A stretch of 64,000 bases of DNA, from assembly GCA_018062825.1 (NCBI GenBank), contig JAGORL010000004.1, positions 7,409 through 71,408 of the forward strand, in the 5' to 3' direction. The stretch's first letter is position 1. Each line of letters opens with the position of its first letter. Below, piece after piece: positions 25,466 through 34,441 of this stretch. Position numbers and translations under genes: made by a program. This DNA comes from Patescibacteria group bacterium. Lineage in GTDB: Bacteria > Patescibacteriota > Patescibacteriia > UBA9934. The notes under the pieces are model-generated. The model searched no databases. It saw only the letters and a program-made list of their open reading frames with translations, and was not told the origin of the DNA.

Positions 25466-26272
25466 ATGGTAACGACTGCGTCACAGCCATCTTTTTCTCC
25501 ATCTGCCGCGCGGGCCGACCTGCGCTCTGCTCGAATTGCCGGACTGCGCAATCAAGCAACAACGCCACAAGGTGCACAAGCTATCAATGCAGATACCTGG
25601 ACGCCAGATAAAGATCAGCGTCGACTAAGGCAACTAACCCAAGGCCTCTCACTCCCCGCTTCACTTTCTCAAGCAATCCAAGAAGCGGAATCAGCTCTAC
25701 CGGAAGAAAGTCAAAACGAACGCGAGTTCGAGCGCTCACGCCTCCTCTCGCGCCAACAGGGGCAATCAAACGCTCAATCGCTTGCGAGCGGACTTGCTAA
25801 TCGCAGCCTTGATACTGCGCGCAGTAAGCTCAAAGGTATGGCTAGCGCGAAAAAAGATGCGCTGCAAAAAGAAGCGATGGAAAAAATGAAAAAGCTCGCT
25901 TTAGAGAAAACAAGTCGCTGGGGTGCAAAGCTTGGCGGTCACGGATTAAACGCTATCGACATTTTCGGTGAAGACGCTTGGTTTACCTACGTCGTGACCT
26001 ACATCTACGACTGGTGTCGCGCTGTAGTTACTATTCTTGTTCCTGAGCCAACAAATGAGGCTGACCAGTTAATGGCCGCCGGCAGCAAAGGCATTCGCTT
26101 CTTCATTCCACCGTATCGCCTCACAGAGCCGGGCGATCTCCTCTATTTTATCGGTGAGTTCATCATCACCATGCTCATTCTCGTGCTCATTATCGCTGTC
26201 CTCGCCGCTATCTACGTTATCTTCACTGATCCGCTCGAACTTCTTACCCTAGCGGCTGGTGCAATTTTCTAA
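25466..26272 (+). CDS. hypothetical protein with C-terminal membrane anchor
   Basis: 268 aa with a low-complexity N-terminus and a C-terminal hydrophobic tail IITMLILVLIIAVLAAIYVIF. Confidence 0.4.
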   Translation: MVTTASQPSFSPSAARADLRSARIAGLRNQATTPQGAQAINADTWTPDKDQRRLRQLTQGLSLPASLSQAIQEAESALPEESQNEREFERSRLLSRQQGQSNAQSLASGLANRSLDTARSKLKGMASAKKDALQKEAMEKMKKLALEKTSRWGAKLGGHGLNAIDIFGEDAWFTYVVTYIYDWCRAVVTILVPEPTNEADQLMAAGSKGIRFFIPPYRLTEPGDLLYFIGEFIITMLILVLIIAVLAAIYVIFTDPLELLTLAAGAIF

Positions 26273-26278
26273 AAATAT

Positions 26279-27511
26279 ATGATGTCCGAACAGCAAAAAA
26301 TGTACGCCAAGCTCGCCGCCCTTTTTGGAATAACGGCCGTCATTGCCGTCGGACTCTTTGTGCTTTTTACCTCAGGGGGTCCACAAATCACTGAAACACC
26401 AACCCCAGAAACGCCAAGCGTAGGCTCGGGCAGCTTACCAGGCTCCGGCGTCCGCCCACCGGGTGGAACCGGTGGTAATGGCACAGATCCAGGTGGCCCA
26501 ACAACCCCTGGCCAACTTCCGGTAGCTGATGTTGCCCAAGGTGGCGTAACCGCTACAAACGTCTTAACAACCAGTGCAGTAGTAAGCCCTACACCAACAA
26601 CTGACGGCATCTCGTACTACGATCCAGCCGACGGTCGCTTTTACACCATCAATACCGATGGCGATGTTGAACGACTCGGTGATGTGCAATTCCCAGATGC
26701 GGACAATATTGTATTCTCCCCTACCGCCAATCAAGTCGCCGTTGAATTCCCCGACGGCAGCAATGTCATTTACGATTTCACAACAGCCTCACAAGTAAGC
26801 CTCCCGGCGCATTGGGAAGAATTTGATTTCTCAAATGATGGCCTATCTGTTGTAAGTAAAAGCATCGGTAACGATGCCTCAAACCGCGCTCTTGTCATAA
26901 GTAGTACCGATGGCAGCCAAACAAGCGTGATTGCCGCCCTTGGTGAGAATGATGACCTTGTAGACGTCAGCATGTCACCAAATAGCTCCGTAGTTGGCTT
27001 CTCGCGCACAGGCGGCGGAGGCGATGTCTTTGGTGAAAACACTATTTATCTCCTTGGTCCTGACGGCGAAGCTTCAGGCGCACTCTTTGTAAATGGCACG
27101 AATTTTAAAAACATCTGGTCACCTGACGGCACCAATCTCCTCTACTCCGTCGCTGACGCCGGTGACAATTACCGACCAAGTCTTTGGTACGCCGATAGTC
27201 GCGGAGATCGCGCCGGTGAATCGCGTATGAAGATCGATCTGAAAACAGTCGTTGAAAAATGCGTCTTTGCGTCAGAGTCTTTGGCGTACTGCTCGGCACA
27301 AAATAACGCCCCAGCTGGAAGCGGCAATCTAACTACACTTCTAAGCGGGCCAGACAATCTATACAAAGTGAATCTAAGTAGCGGCCTTGTAACACTCATC
27401 GCTGAACCCGAGGACGAAACTGTCATGAATAATCTCAGCATCTCAAGTGATGGTGCTAATATTTTCTACACAGATGCCGGCGGAAGACTAGGAACAATTC
27501 GCCTCAAATAA
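26279..27511 (+). CDS. membrane-anchored PD40/TolB-like beta-propeller repeat protein with Pro/Gly/Thr-rich linker
   Basis: N-terminal TM, linker TETPTPETPSVGSGSLPGSGVRPPGGTGGNGTDPGGPTTPG, then repeated SPDG/SxDG motifs (SPNSSVVGFS, SPDGTNLLYS, SSDGANIFYT). Confidence 0.55.
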   Translation: MMSEQQKMYAKLAALFGITAVIAVGLFVLFTSGGPQITETPTPETPSVGSGSLPGSGVRPPGGTGGNGTDPGGPTTPGQLPVADVAQGGVTATNVLTTSAVVSPTPTTDGISYYDPADGRFYTINTDGDVERLGDVQFPDADNIVFSPTANQVAVEFPDGSNVIYDFTTASQVSLPAHWEEFDFSNDGLSVVSKSIGNDASNRALVISSTDGSQTSVIAALGENDDLVDVSMSPNSSVVGFSRTGGGGDVFGENTIYLLGPDGEASGALFVNGTNFKNIWSPDGTNLLYSVADAGDNYRPSLWYADSRGDRAGESRMKIDLKTVVEKCVFASESLAYCSAQNNAPAGSGNLTTLLSGPDNLYKVNLSSGLVTLIAEPEDETVMNNLSISSDGANIFYTDAGGRLGTIRLK

Positions 27512-27514
27512 GCT

Positions 27515-28168
27515 ATGCGATCGTTCAACTACTTCATCATCGCCATCATCACCATCGCAAGCATCACCTTTTTGTTTTTTGCCTTTTCCGTACAGGTAAA
27601 AGATCGGATCATCTTTACTGATGTATTACCAGATATTTCAGAACCAACAATAACCGTCGCCGATCCACAACTCGGACCAAAGGAGGCCGCAGTGACAATT
27701 GTAAACTTTGGAGATTATCAGTGTGAAAGCTGCGCAACCCTAGACGCCACGCTAACAGAACTTCATGCAACCTATCCAGATGATGTGCGCATCGTCTGGA
27801 AAGACATGCCAAATCGCTCAAGTCATGAGCAGGCATTTCCAGCCGCTATCGCCGCACGCTGCGCCGCTGAGCAAGATGCTTTTTGGGAATTCCATAAAGT
27901 ACTCTTTGCTAATCAAGCGCTCTTAAGTGACGCTCTCTATACCGCACTTGCCACTGAACTTGGACTGAATGAAAACAAGTTTAATAAGTGCTACAGCACG
28001 CAGGCTTCGGCTCCATATGTTGAACGTACGGAAGCCGAAGGCTACGCTCTTGAAATCACTGCCACGCCAACGCTCTGGATTAATGGCGAACGATCAACCG
28101 GAGCTTCAAGCCTAAGAGACCTAAGCCGAATTGTAGAAGATGCACTTCGGGCACGCGCACTTGAATAA
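27515..28168 (+). CDS. DsbA-like thiol:disulfide oxidoreductase, membrane-anchored
   Basis: N-terminal TM and thioredoxin-fold CxxC (NFGDYQCESCATLD). 217 aa. Confidence 0.7.
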   Translation: MRSFNYFIIAIITIASITFLFFAFSVQVKDRIIFTDVLPDISEPTITVADPQLGPKEAAVTIVNFGDYQCESCATLDATLTELHATYPDDVRIVWKDMPNRSSHEQAFPAAIAARCAAEQDAFWEFHKVLFANQALLSDALYTALATELGLNENKFNKCYSTQASAPYVERTEAEGYALEITATPTLWINGERSTGASSLRDLSRIVEDALRARALE

Positions 28169-28174
28169 TCACCT

Positions 28175-29275
28175 ATGAACGCCACAGTAATTCCAAAATG
28201 GATCTTAATCGCAGTCGCCATAAGCGGCTTAACCCTTGGAATTACCCAAAACGTCGCTCATGCCCAAGATGCCGCCACAGTCACTGCAAACGTTCGAGAA
28301 ATGGTCGTGCCGGATAACAGCCGAATCCCAATACTAAACGTTCCGATTCCAGGACTTGATCTTTCAGGCGCAGTCACAATCGATGTTGCCGGCGGTAGCG
28401 TCAAAAGTAACATGTTGGGACTCTATATCAACGCTATCTACGGCTGGCTCATTACCGCAGCCTCGGTCATGGCTGTTGTCATGATGATGATTGCAGGTCT
28501 GCAGTACGCAACCGCACGCGGCAACGCCGGTCAAGTAAGTGACGCCAAGGATCGAATGAAAAATGTCGTCATCGGCATGATCATGCTGCTGGGCGCGAAC
28601 ACCATCGCCACTTTTCTCGATCCAAATCTAACGATCTTTGAACCATTATCCGTACAACGAGTCTCGGGTTACGACGTTCCAAACGAAACGCCTACCACCT
28701 TTAATCAAAACTACAGCTCAACCGCCGCTGAAGGCCTCATTTCAATTCCTTTAAAAAGCCAAAAAGACTACGTCAACGTTCCTTACGGACCGGGACGATG
28801 CCGAACCGTTGATTCTGGCAACATTAAATCAAGCGGCTGCGGCGTCGTATCGTTTAGCATGGTCGCAGAAGCGCTCTCCGGCCAAAGCGTGAATCCACCA
28901 GACGTCGCTGAATCATTCTACGTTGAGGGCTTCAGACCACTAGACAGTAACGGCTGCGGACACAACGGAACCATGCGCTCCGCCTTTACCGGATCATCGC
29001 TTGTAAAACAATACGGTATTAAAAGCCGAGACATTCCAATTGGCAATCAACAAGAGATCGTTGATTTACTCGAGCAAGGCAAGGTGCTCATCTTGCTCTA
29101 CAAAACTGATTCAGGTGGTGGACACTACGTCGTCATGTCGGGTATAGATACAAATGGTGAGGCTATCATTAGCGATCCATGGGGCGGTGTTCGCTACACG
29201 CGTTCATTCCAATGGATATTTAGCCGCATCAAACACACTACCTATCTTGATACCGAGGCGAATTTCATACAATAG
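28175..29275 (+). CDS. secreted/membrane protein: VirB2/TrbC pilin-like two-helix hydrophobic hairpin fused to a C39-like papain-fold cysteine peptidase domain
   Basis: Signal peptide (..NVAHA-QD), hydrophobic helix / charged loop ARGNAGQVSDAKDRMK / hydrophobic helix. The C-terminal domain has a Cys motif SGCGVVSFSMV and a His motif GGGHYVVMSG..DPWGG. Confidence 0.5.
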   Translation: MNATVIPKWILIAVAISGLTLGITQNVAHAQDAATVTANVREMVVPDNSRIPILNVPIPGLDLSGAVTIDVAGGSVKSNMLGLYINAIYGWLITAASVMAVVMMMIAGLQYATARGNAGQVSDAKDRMKNVVIGMIMLLGANTIATFLDPNLTIFEPLSVQRVSGYDVPNETPTTFNQNYSSTAAEGLISIPLKSQKDYVNVPYGPGRCRTVDSGNIKSSGCGVVSFSMVAEALSGQSVNPPDVAESFYVEGFRPLDSNGCGHNGTMRSAFTGSSLVKQYGIKSRDIPIGNQQEIVDLLEQGKVLILLYKTDSGGGHYVVMSGIDTNGEAIISDPWGGVRYTRSFQWIFSRIKHTTYLDTEANFIQ

Positions 29276-29279
29276 ACCT

Positions 29280-30569
29280 ATGTTCTCGTGCCAAAAGTGT
29301 GATTCCCAGTATCCAAAATGGACCGGTCGCTGCACAAGCTGCGGAGCCTGGGGAACAATTGCAGAGGAGGACGGCGCCCAAGCGCCGTCTTTGCGTTCGT
29401 CAAAATCTGGAAAGAAAGCAAAAGCCGCGCCAGTACTTGATCTAGGTAGCGCCGCAGAAAAACCTATCGCACAAAATCCCACTGGTTTATCAGAGGTTGA
29501 TCGCGTTCTAGGTGGCGGGATTGTTCCAGGATCAGTCACGCTCTTAGCCGGCGAACCTGGAATAGGTAAATCAACACTCGTCGCCATGCTCTGCGGAGCA
29601 CTAGCAAAAAATGGCGCCAATGCCTATTACGCTTCTGGTGAAGAATCAGAAGGGCAAGTTCGCCTGCGCTTCAAACGCCTAAGTATCGATCCAGCAAAAA
29701 TCGCCTTCTCAAATGCGGTAGACGCCGAAGCAATCATCGCAGCCGCGGAATCAATCTCCCCCACGCTTCTTGTTGTCGATTCTATTCAAACCCTCTTTGT
29801 TGAAGCCGCTGATGCCCTTCCCGGAACACCAAATGCCGTCCGCGCCGCCACAAGTACGCTTATTGGGTACGCCAAGCGAACTGGAGTGCCAGTACTTATC
29901 ATTGGACAAGTCACCAAAGACGGTAACGTTGCTGGTCCAAAAACGCTTGAGCACCTCGTAGATACCGTTCTTACCCTAGAAGGCGATCCTGCCTCACCGT
30001 ACCGCCTCCTACGCGCCGCTAAACACCGCTTCGGAAGCACTGAAGAGGTTGGAGTTTTTGAAATGACTGAAGCCGGCCTCATGGCCGTTGATAACCCATC
30101 AAGCCGCTTCCTTTCAGAACGCTCGCAAAGCGCCGGAAGCGCTATCGCGTGCGTCATGGAAGGCAATCGACCTTTCCTCGTTGAAGTACAGGCGCTTGTT
30201 GATCGCAGCTTCTTGCCAGCCCCAATTCGTCGCACCTCCGGCTATGATGCCAGTCGGCTGCAGCTCATTCTCGCTATCTTAAGTAAACGCGCCGGCGTAC
30301 GCCTTGGCGATCAAGATGTCTATATTAACGTAGTTGGTGGCCTCAAGGTCAGCGAGAACGGTGCTGACCTCGCTATTGCTGCCGCCTTACTTTCCGCACA
30401 CAACGATAAACAACTTCCAGCCGACAGTGTCTATATTGGCGAACTCGGCCTTGGCGGAGAAATTCGATCCGTCCCCTTCATTGATCGCCGCATAAAAGAA
30501 GCCGAGCGCTTAGGCATGAAAACAATTCACACGCCAAAAACAGTAAGAAACATCGGAGAACTTAAATAA
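29280..30569 (+). CDS. radA: DNA repair protein RadA/Sms (ATG at 29280; track start 29154 is an extension)
   Basis: Zinc finger CQKCDSQYPKWTGRCTSCGAWGT, Walker A GEPGIGKST, KHRFG motif (RadA-specific KNRFG equivalent) and a Lon-like C-terminus. Confidence 0.9.
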   Translation: MFSCQKCDSQYPKWTGRCTSCGAWGTIAEEDGAQAPSLRSSKSGKKAKAAPVLDLGSAAEKPIAQNPTGLSEVDRVLGGGIVPGSVTLLAGEPGIGKSTLVAMLCGALAKNGANAYYASGEESEGQVRLRFKRLSIDPAKIAFSNAVDAEAIIAAAESISPTLLVVDSIQTLFVEAADALPGTPNAVRAATSTLIGYAKRTGVPVLIIGQVTKDGNVAGPKTLEHLVDTVLTLEGDPASPYRLLRAAKHRFGSTEEVGVFEMTEAGLMAVDNPSSRFLSERSQSAGSAIACVMEGNRPFLVEVQALVDRSFLPAPIRRTSGYDASRLQLILAILSKRAGVRLGDQDVYINVVGGLKVSENGADLAIAAALLSAHNDKQLPADSVYIGELGLGGEIRSVPFIDRRIKEAERLGMKTIHTPKTVRNIGELK

Positions 30570-30582
30570 AAGTTCGAAGTTT

Positions 30583-30620
30583 AAAAAGAGCACCGGCATC
30601 ACGCCGCGTGCTCTTTTTTC
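30583..30620. terminator. bidirectional terminator between radA and recG (convergent)
   Basis: aaaaAGAGCACcggcatcacgccgcGTGCTCTtttttc. Confidence 0.6.
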
Positions 30621-30655
30621 TTCCTACTCCCCACTCACTATTCCCTATCCCCTCT

Positions 30656-32731
30656 CTACTCAAAATGCACCTCCTTCACATAGCGAATAAGTCGCTCAAG
30701 AAGTTTTGGATAAGCAGTGATATCTGGACTGCGATCAAGAATCTCCTTAGCGCCATCCTTAGCCGCTGCCATAAGATCAATATCATGCATGGTGCCAAGC
30801 TTGAACTGATCAAAACCTGACTGCGAAGTGCCGAACATGCTTCCCGGGCCGCGCAACTGCAAATCTTTCTCAGCAAGATCAAAACCATCCTGAGAATCTT
30901 CAACTGCCTTCAAGCGCTCACGAGCAACCTCGCCAAGAACGCCGGATGGATGCAAGTAACAATAGCTCTGAATACCACCACGGCCAACACGTCCACGAAG
31001 CTGGTGAAGCTGCGCTAAACCGAATCGCTCAGCGCCTTCAACGTACATAACAGTTGCATTCGGCACATCAACACCTACCTCAACAACTGTTGTTGAAATA
31101 AGCATATCCGCCTTACCACTAGCAAACTCCGCCATCACGTCATCCTTCTCTTTAGTCTTCATGCGACCATGCAGCATGACAATGCGGTAACCCTTAAACG
31201 GGCCTGTCATAAACTCCTTATAAACCTCGTGCACGGAATTCACACCAAGCGCATCTGATTCTTCAATAAGTGGGCAAACCACAAACACCTGGTGCTTAGC
31301 ATCCATCTCTTCGCGCATCTTCGCATACACCGGTAACTCCCTACCCATTTCAACAATCTCAGTCTTAATCGGCTTACGACCCGCTGGATACTCATCCAAG
31401 ATCGAACGATCAAGATCTCCGTACAAAACAAGAGCAAGCGAACGAGGAATCGGCGTCGCTGTCATGGACAAAAGGTGCGGGATGCCATCAGCGTCACCCT
31501 GCTTATCCTTAAGCGCCTGACGCTGCTTCACACCAAAGCGGTGTTGTTCATCAACCACAATGAGTCCAAGACGATCAAAAAGCACATCCTCAGTCAAAAG
31601 CGCATGGGTACCAATCACCATTTGCGCGCCACCATTTTTAAGTGCACTCAAAAGCTGAGCTTTGGTAACCTCCTTACCGCCAACACGACGCTTTGTTCGT
31701 GTATACAAAGCAATCGTCAATCGCTTACCAAACAATTTCTCCAAAGACTGAGCATGCTGTTCGGCCAAAATCTCAGTTGGTGCAAGTACAGCGCTTTGCC
31801 AGCCGCTTGCCGCAGCGTTAAGCGCCACTAAAGCAGCAACCACCGTCTTTCCGCTACCAACGTCACCCTCAAGTAAACGGTTCATTGGCTCTGGCCTATC
31901 CATGTCCTTAATAATTGCCCAAATAGCTTTCTTCTGAGCTCCAGTAAGTGGAAACGGCAACTCCTCTACCGCAGTCTTCATGAGATCTTCATGAAAGGCA
32001 ACGCGCGGCGCTTTCTGCGCATTGAGTTCACGTCGATTCTTGGCGATCAAAAGCTGATGCAAGAAAAACTCATCAAACTTCAACCGGCGCATGGCGCGAT
32101 CCTTGGATTCTGTTGATGCCGGGAAATGCATCTCTTTTACCGCCTCAGGAAGACCAATGATCTCCGCGGTTGAGCGCAAAAAATCCGGCATCCACTCTTC
32201 AACTTCTTTGGCACAAACAATCGAGGCTTCCGTTACTCGGCGACGCATCTTTTGCGTAAGCGCACCGGCTAGGCGATAAATAGGCAAAATACGACCCGTG
32301 TCACGCGTTACTTTGGCGCTTCCTACAATTTCATACGCCGGATTCACAAGCGCCAAACCGTAACGATCATCAGCCTTACCTGCAAGCGACACCACCTGGC
32401 CAGGCTTAAGAACCTTGGTCAAAAAACCTTGGTGAAACCAAATGCCCTTAATAGTGCCCGTACCGTCCTCAATCATCGCCTCAGTCACCATCATGCGAGC
32501 CGACTTCTGGCTCTTCCGATTTTGAATCGCAGTAATAGTTCCTTGAATCGTCACTTTCTGACCAGATTTTACCTCTTCGATATGAACAGCATTCGAAAGA
32601 TCATCGTAACGAAAAGGGAAATCAAAAAGCGCGTCTTCCAAAGTCTCAATACCTAAACGATGAAAATCGCGCGCTTTTGCAAGTCCAACATTCGGAATCG
32701 CCGAAACCTTATCTTTGAGATGAAATCCCAT
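30656..32731 (-). CDS. recG: ATP-dependent DNA helicase RecG
   Basis: N-terminal wedge domain, helicase motifs GDVGSGKT and DEQHRFG. 691 aa. Confidence 0.95.
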   Translation of the reverse strand: MGFHLKDKVSAIPNVGLAKARDFHRLGIETLEDALFDFPFRYDDLSNAVHIEEVKSGQKVTIQGTITAIQNRKSQKSARMMVTEAMIEDGTGTIKGIWFHQGFLTKVLKPGQVVSLAGKADDRYGLALVNPAYEIVGSAKVTRDTGRILPIYRLAGALTQKMRRRVTEASIVCAKEVEEWMPDFLRSTAEIIGLPEAVKEMHFPASTESKDRAMRRLKFDEFFLHQLLIAKNRRELNAQKAPRVAFHEDLMKTAVEELPFPLTGAQKKAIWAIIKDMDRPEPMNRLLEGDVGSGKTVVAALVALNAAASGWQSAVLAPTEILAEQHAQSLEKLFGKRLTIALYTRTKRRVGGKEVTKAQLLSALKNGGAQMVIGTHALLTEDVLFDRLGLIVVDEQHRFGVKQRQALKDKQGDADGIPHLLSMTATPIPRSLALVLYGDLDRSILDEYPAGRKPIKTEIVEMGRELPVYAKMREEMDAKHQVFVVCPLIEESDALGVNSVHEVYKEFMTGPFKGYRIVMLHGRMKTKEKDDVMAEFASGKADMLISTTVVEVGVDVPNATVMYVEGAERFGLAQLHQLRGRVGRGGIQSYCYLHPSGVLGEVARERLKAVEDSQDGFDLAEKDLQLRGPGSMFGTSQSGFDQFKLGTMHDIDLMAAAKDGAKEILDRSPDITAYPKLLERLIRYVKEVHFE

Positions 32732-32864
32732 AATTTCGAAGCTTTTGTTCGGCGGATAATATCATAATCCAGATTAAATGCAAGGTTTCATCCTCACGAG
32801 CTAACTCCCTATCCCCTTCCCAAAATCAGCCAAACCACCTATACTTCTTCAGACTTTAGGATAA

Positions 32865-33066
32865 CCTACTAAGTTCGCTCAGCTTCAAGGAGCAATAACG
32901 ATAAGCAACGAGGACCTACTAAGTTCGTTAGCGGGTCATACATAACAAAAACCTATTAAGTTAGTCATATACAAGGAGACGATACGACGCAGGCCGAATC
33001 GTACTGATAAGTACGAGGAGGCCGAGTCGAGTATCGACGACACAGTAGATGACTAACTTGGATAGG
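32865..33066. repeat. repeat/inverted-repeat element upstream of tRNA-Ser: three direct copies of CCTA(C/T)TAAGTT(C/A)G and one inverted copy flanking an ~85-nt hairpin-rich core
   Basis: Copies at 32865-32877, 32915-32927, 32952-32964 (direct) and 33051-33066 (inverted; gactaacttggatagg). The core contains the palindrome TCGTACTgataAGTACGA. Confidence 0.5.
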
Positions 33067-33071
33067 TTTTT

Positions 33072-33159
33072 GGAGAGGTGGCCGAGTGGCTTAAGGCACA
33101 GGTTTGCTAAACCTGCGTACCGCAAGGTACCGGAGGTTCGAATCCTCTCCTCTCCGCCA
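33072..33159 (+). tRNA. tRNA-Ser (anticodon GCU), type II with long variable arm, CCA encoded
   Basis: GGAGAGG acceptor, anticodon loop TTGCTAA, variable arm CGTACCGCAAGGTACCG, T-loop GGTTCGAATCC, 3' CCTCTCC-G-CCA. Confidence 0.9.
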
Positions 33160-33207
33160 GGTCAACTGTACTGAACAATCTGTTAAGTGAAGTTGACCTG
33201 AATTAAA

Positions 33208-33240
33208 AAACAACCTGTAAGGGTTGTTTTTTAATTCTTA
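33208..33240. terminator. bidirectional terminator (tRNA-Ser / VOC gene)
   Basis: aaaaaACAACCtgtaagGGTTGTtttttaattc. Confidence 0.55.
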
Positions 33241-33639
33241 AACGAGCTGCGCTGGATCCATCCAAAAAACCTCCCAAATGTGTCCATCAAGATCTTCAAA
33301 GCTGCGACTATACATAAACCCATGATCTTCAGGATCACGATGCTCATTACCACCAGCCTTCAGAGCCTTAGCAAGCAGCTCGTCAACCTCTGCACGAGAG
33401 TCAAAGGATAAAGCTAGGAGTACCTCAGTAGCCGTAGATGCATCAACAACCTTCTTCTTAGTAAATTGAGCAAACTTTTCATGAGTAAGAAGCATGGCGT
33501 AAATCGTCTCGCTAATAACAAGACACGCTGCGGTTTCGTCTGTAAATTGAGGATTAAAGCTATATCCAAGCTGAACAAAAAATGCTTGAGATGCCGCAAG
33601 ATCCTTAACAGGTAAATTGATAAAAACATTCGTTGGCAT
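33238..33639 (-). CDS. VOC (glyoxalase/bleomycin-resistance/dioxygenase) family protein
   Basis: 133 aa with the beta-alpha-beta-beta-beta VOC pattern (MPTNVFINLPVKDLAASQAFFVQLG..HIWEVFW). Confidence 0.7.
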   Translation of the reverse strand: MPTNVFINLPVKDLAASQAFFVQLGYSFNPQFTDETAACLVISETIYAMLLTHEKFAQFTKKKVVDASTATEVLLALSFDSRAEVDELLAKALKAGGNEHRDPEDHGFMYSRSFEDLDGHIWEVFWMDPAQLV

Positions 33640-33711
33640 AAAAAAGAAGCTTAGGTATCATCAAGAAATACAATAACTGATATCGCTCAAGCACTCAACA
33701 ACAGGGCACGT

Positions 33712-34299
33712 ATGAAGAACCTAAAAGTGGATGATATTCAAGAAATCATACAACTCCTCAAGGAAGGAGCCGTGATTGCGTACCCAACTGAAACCTCATA
33801 CGCCATCGGTTGCGATGCCAAAAATACGAAGGCTGTCGCCAAAGTCTTTGCTATCAAAGACCGACCAACGGGAAAAGGAACACCGATCATCATTCCAAAT
33901 AGCCACAATCCTGAGCAATATATTCTTCTATCTTCGGAAGCTCAGAGGCTAGCCGAAAAACACTGGCCAGGCGCCTTAAACATCATTGGTCACCGACAAC
34001 CAAAGTCGCAAGTAAGCGAGCTTTGCGAAACAGGTGGCACGCAGTCTATTCGTAAATCAAGTAGCAGTGTCGCAAGTCAGCTAGCTACACTCCTTGATCG
34101 CCCACTCGTGGCAACAAGCGCTAATAAATCAGGTGAACAGGCTATCTACGATCCAGCAATCATTCAACAACAGTTCGGAGATAGTAATCTTGCCGCCATC
34201 GTCGACGTTGGTGTTCTGCCAATAACCCTCGCCTCTACCACCATTGACTGCACCGCAGACATAGCAAAAATAGTACGACAAGGAGGTCTACAGCTATAA
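33712..34299 (+). CDS. tsaC: L-threonylcarbamoyladenylate synthase (Sua5/YciO/YrdC family)
   Basis: AVIAYPTETSYAIGCDA and ..ATSANKSG.. YrdC-domain motifs. 195 aa. Confidence 0.85.
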   Translation: MKNLKVDDIQEIIQLLKEGAVIAYPTETSYAIGCDAKNTKAVAKVFAIKDRPTGKGTPIIIPNSHNPEQYILLSSEAQRLAEKHWPGALNIIGHRQPKSQVSELCETGGTQSIRKSSSSVASQLATLLDRPLVATSANKSGEQAIYDPAIIQQQFGDSNLAAIVDVGVLPITLASTTIDCTADIAKIVRQGGLQL

Positions 34300-34340
34300 A
34301 GAATCACAAACAAAAATATCGTCCTAAGACGATATTTTTG

Positions 34341-34417
34341 TGGTGCGCCCGGCACGATTCGAACGTACGACCCTCAGCTCCGCAAGCTGATGCTCTATCC
34401 AGCTGAGCTACGGGCGC
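34341..34417 (-). tRNA. tRNA-Arg; anticodon read as GCG from the loop UUGCGGA
   Basis: Minus-strand sequence GCGCCCGTAGCTCAGCTGGATAGAGCATCAGCTTGCGGAGCTGAGGGTCGTACGTTCGAATCGTGCCGGGCGCACCA forms a full cloverleaf with CCA encoded. Confidence 0.85.
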
Positions 34418-34441
34418 AAAGCGGAAAGTAACTAGAAAACG

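Noticed and set aside
26269-26610. 113-aa Pro/Gly-rich minus-strand ORF
   Set aside because: Antisense of the Pro/Gly/Thr linker of the PD40 repeat protein.
32865-33066. CRISPR array
   Set aside because: Repeats are only about 13 nt, are irregularly spaced (46 and 39 nt) and include an inverted copy. No cas genes are present. Treated as an IR/repeat element instead.
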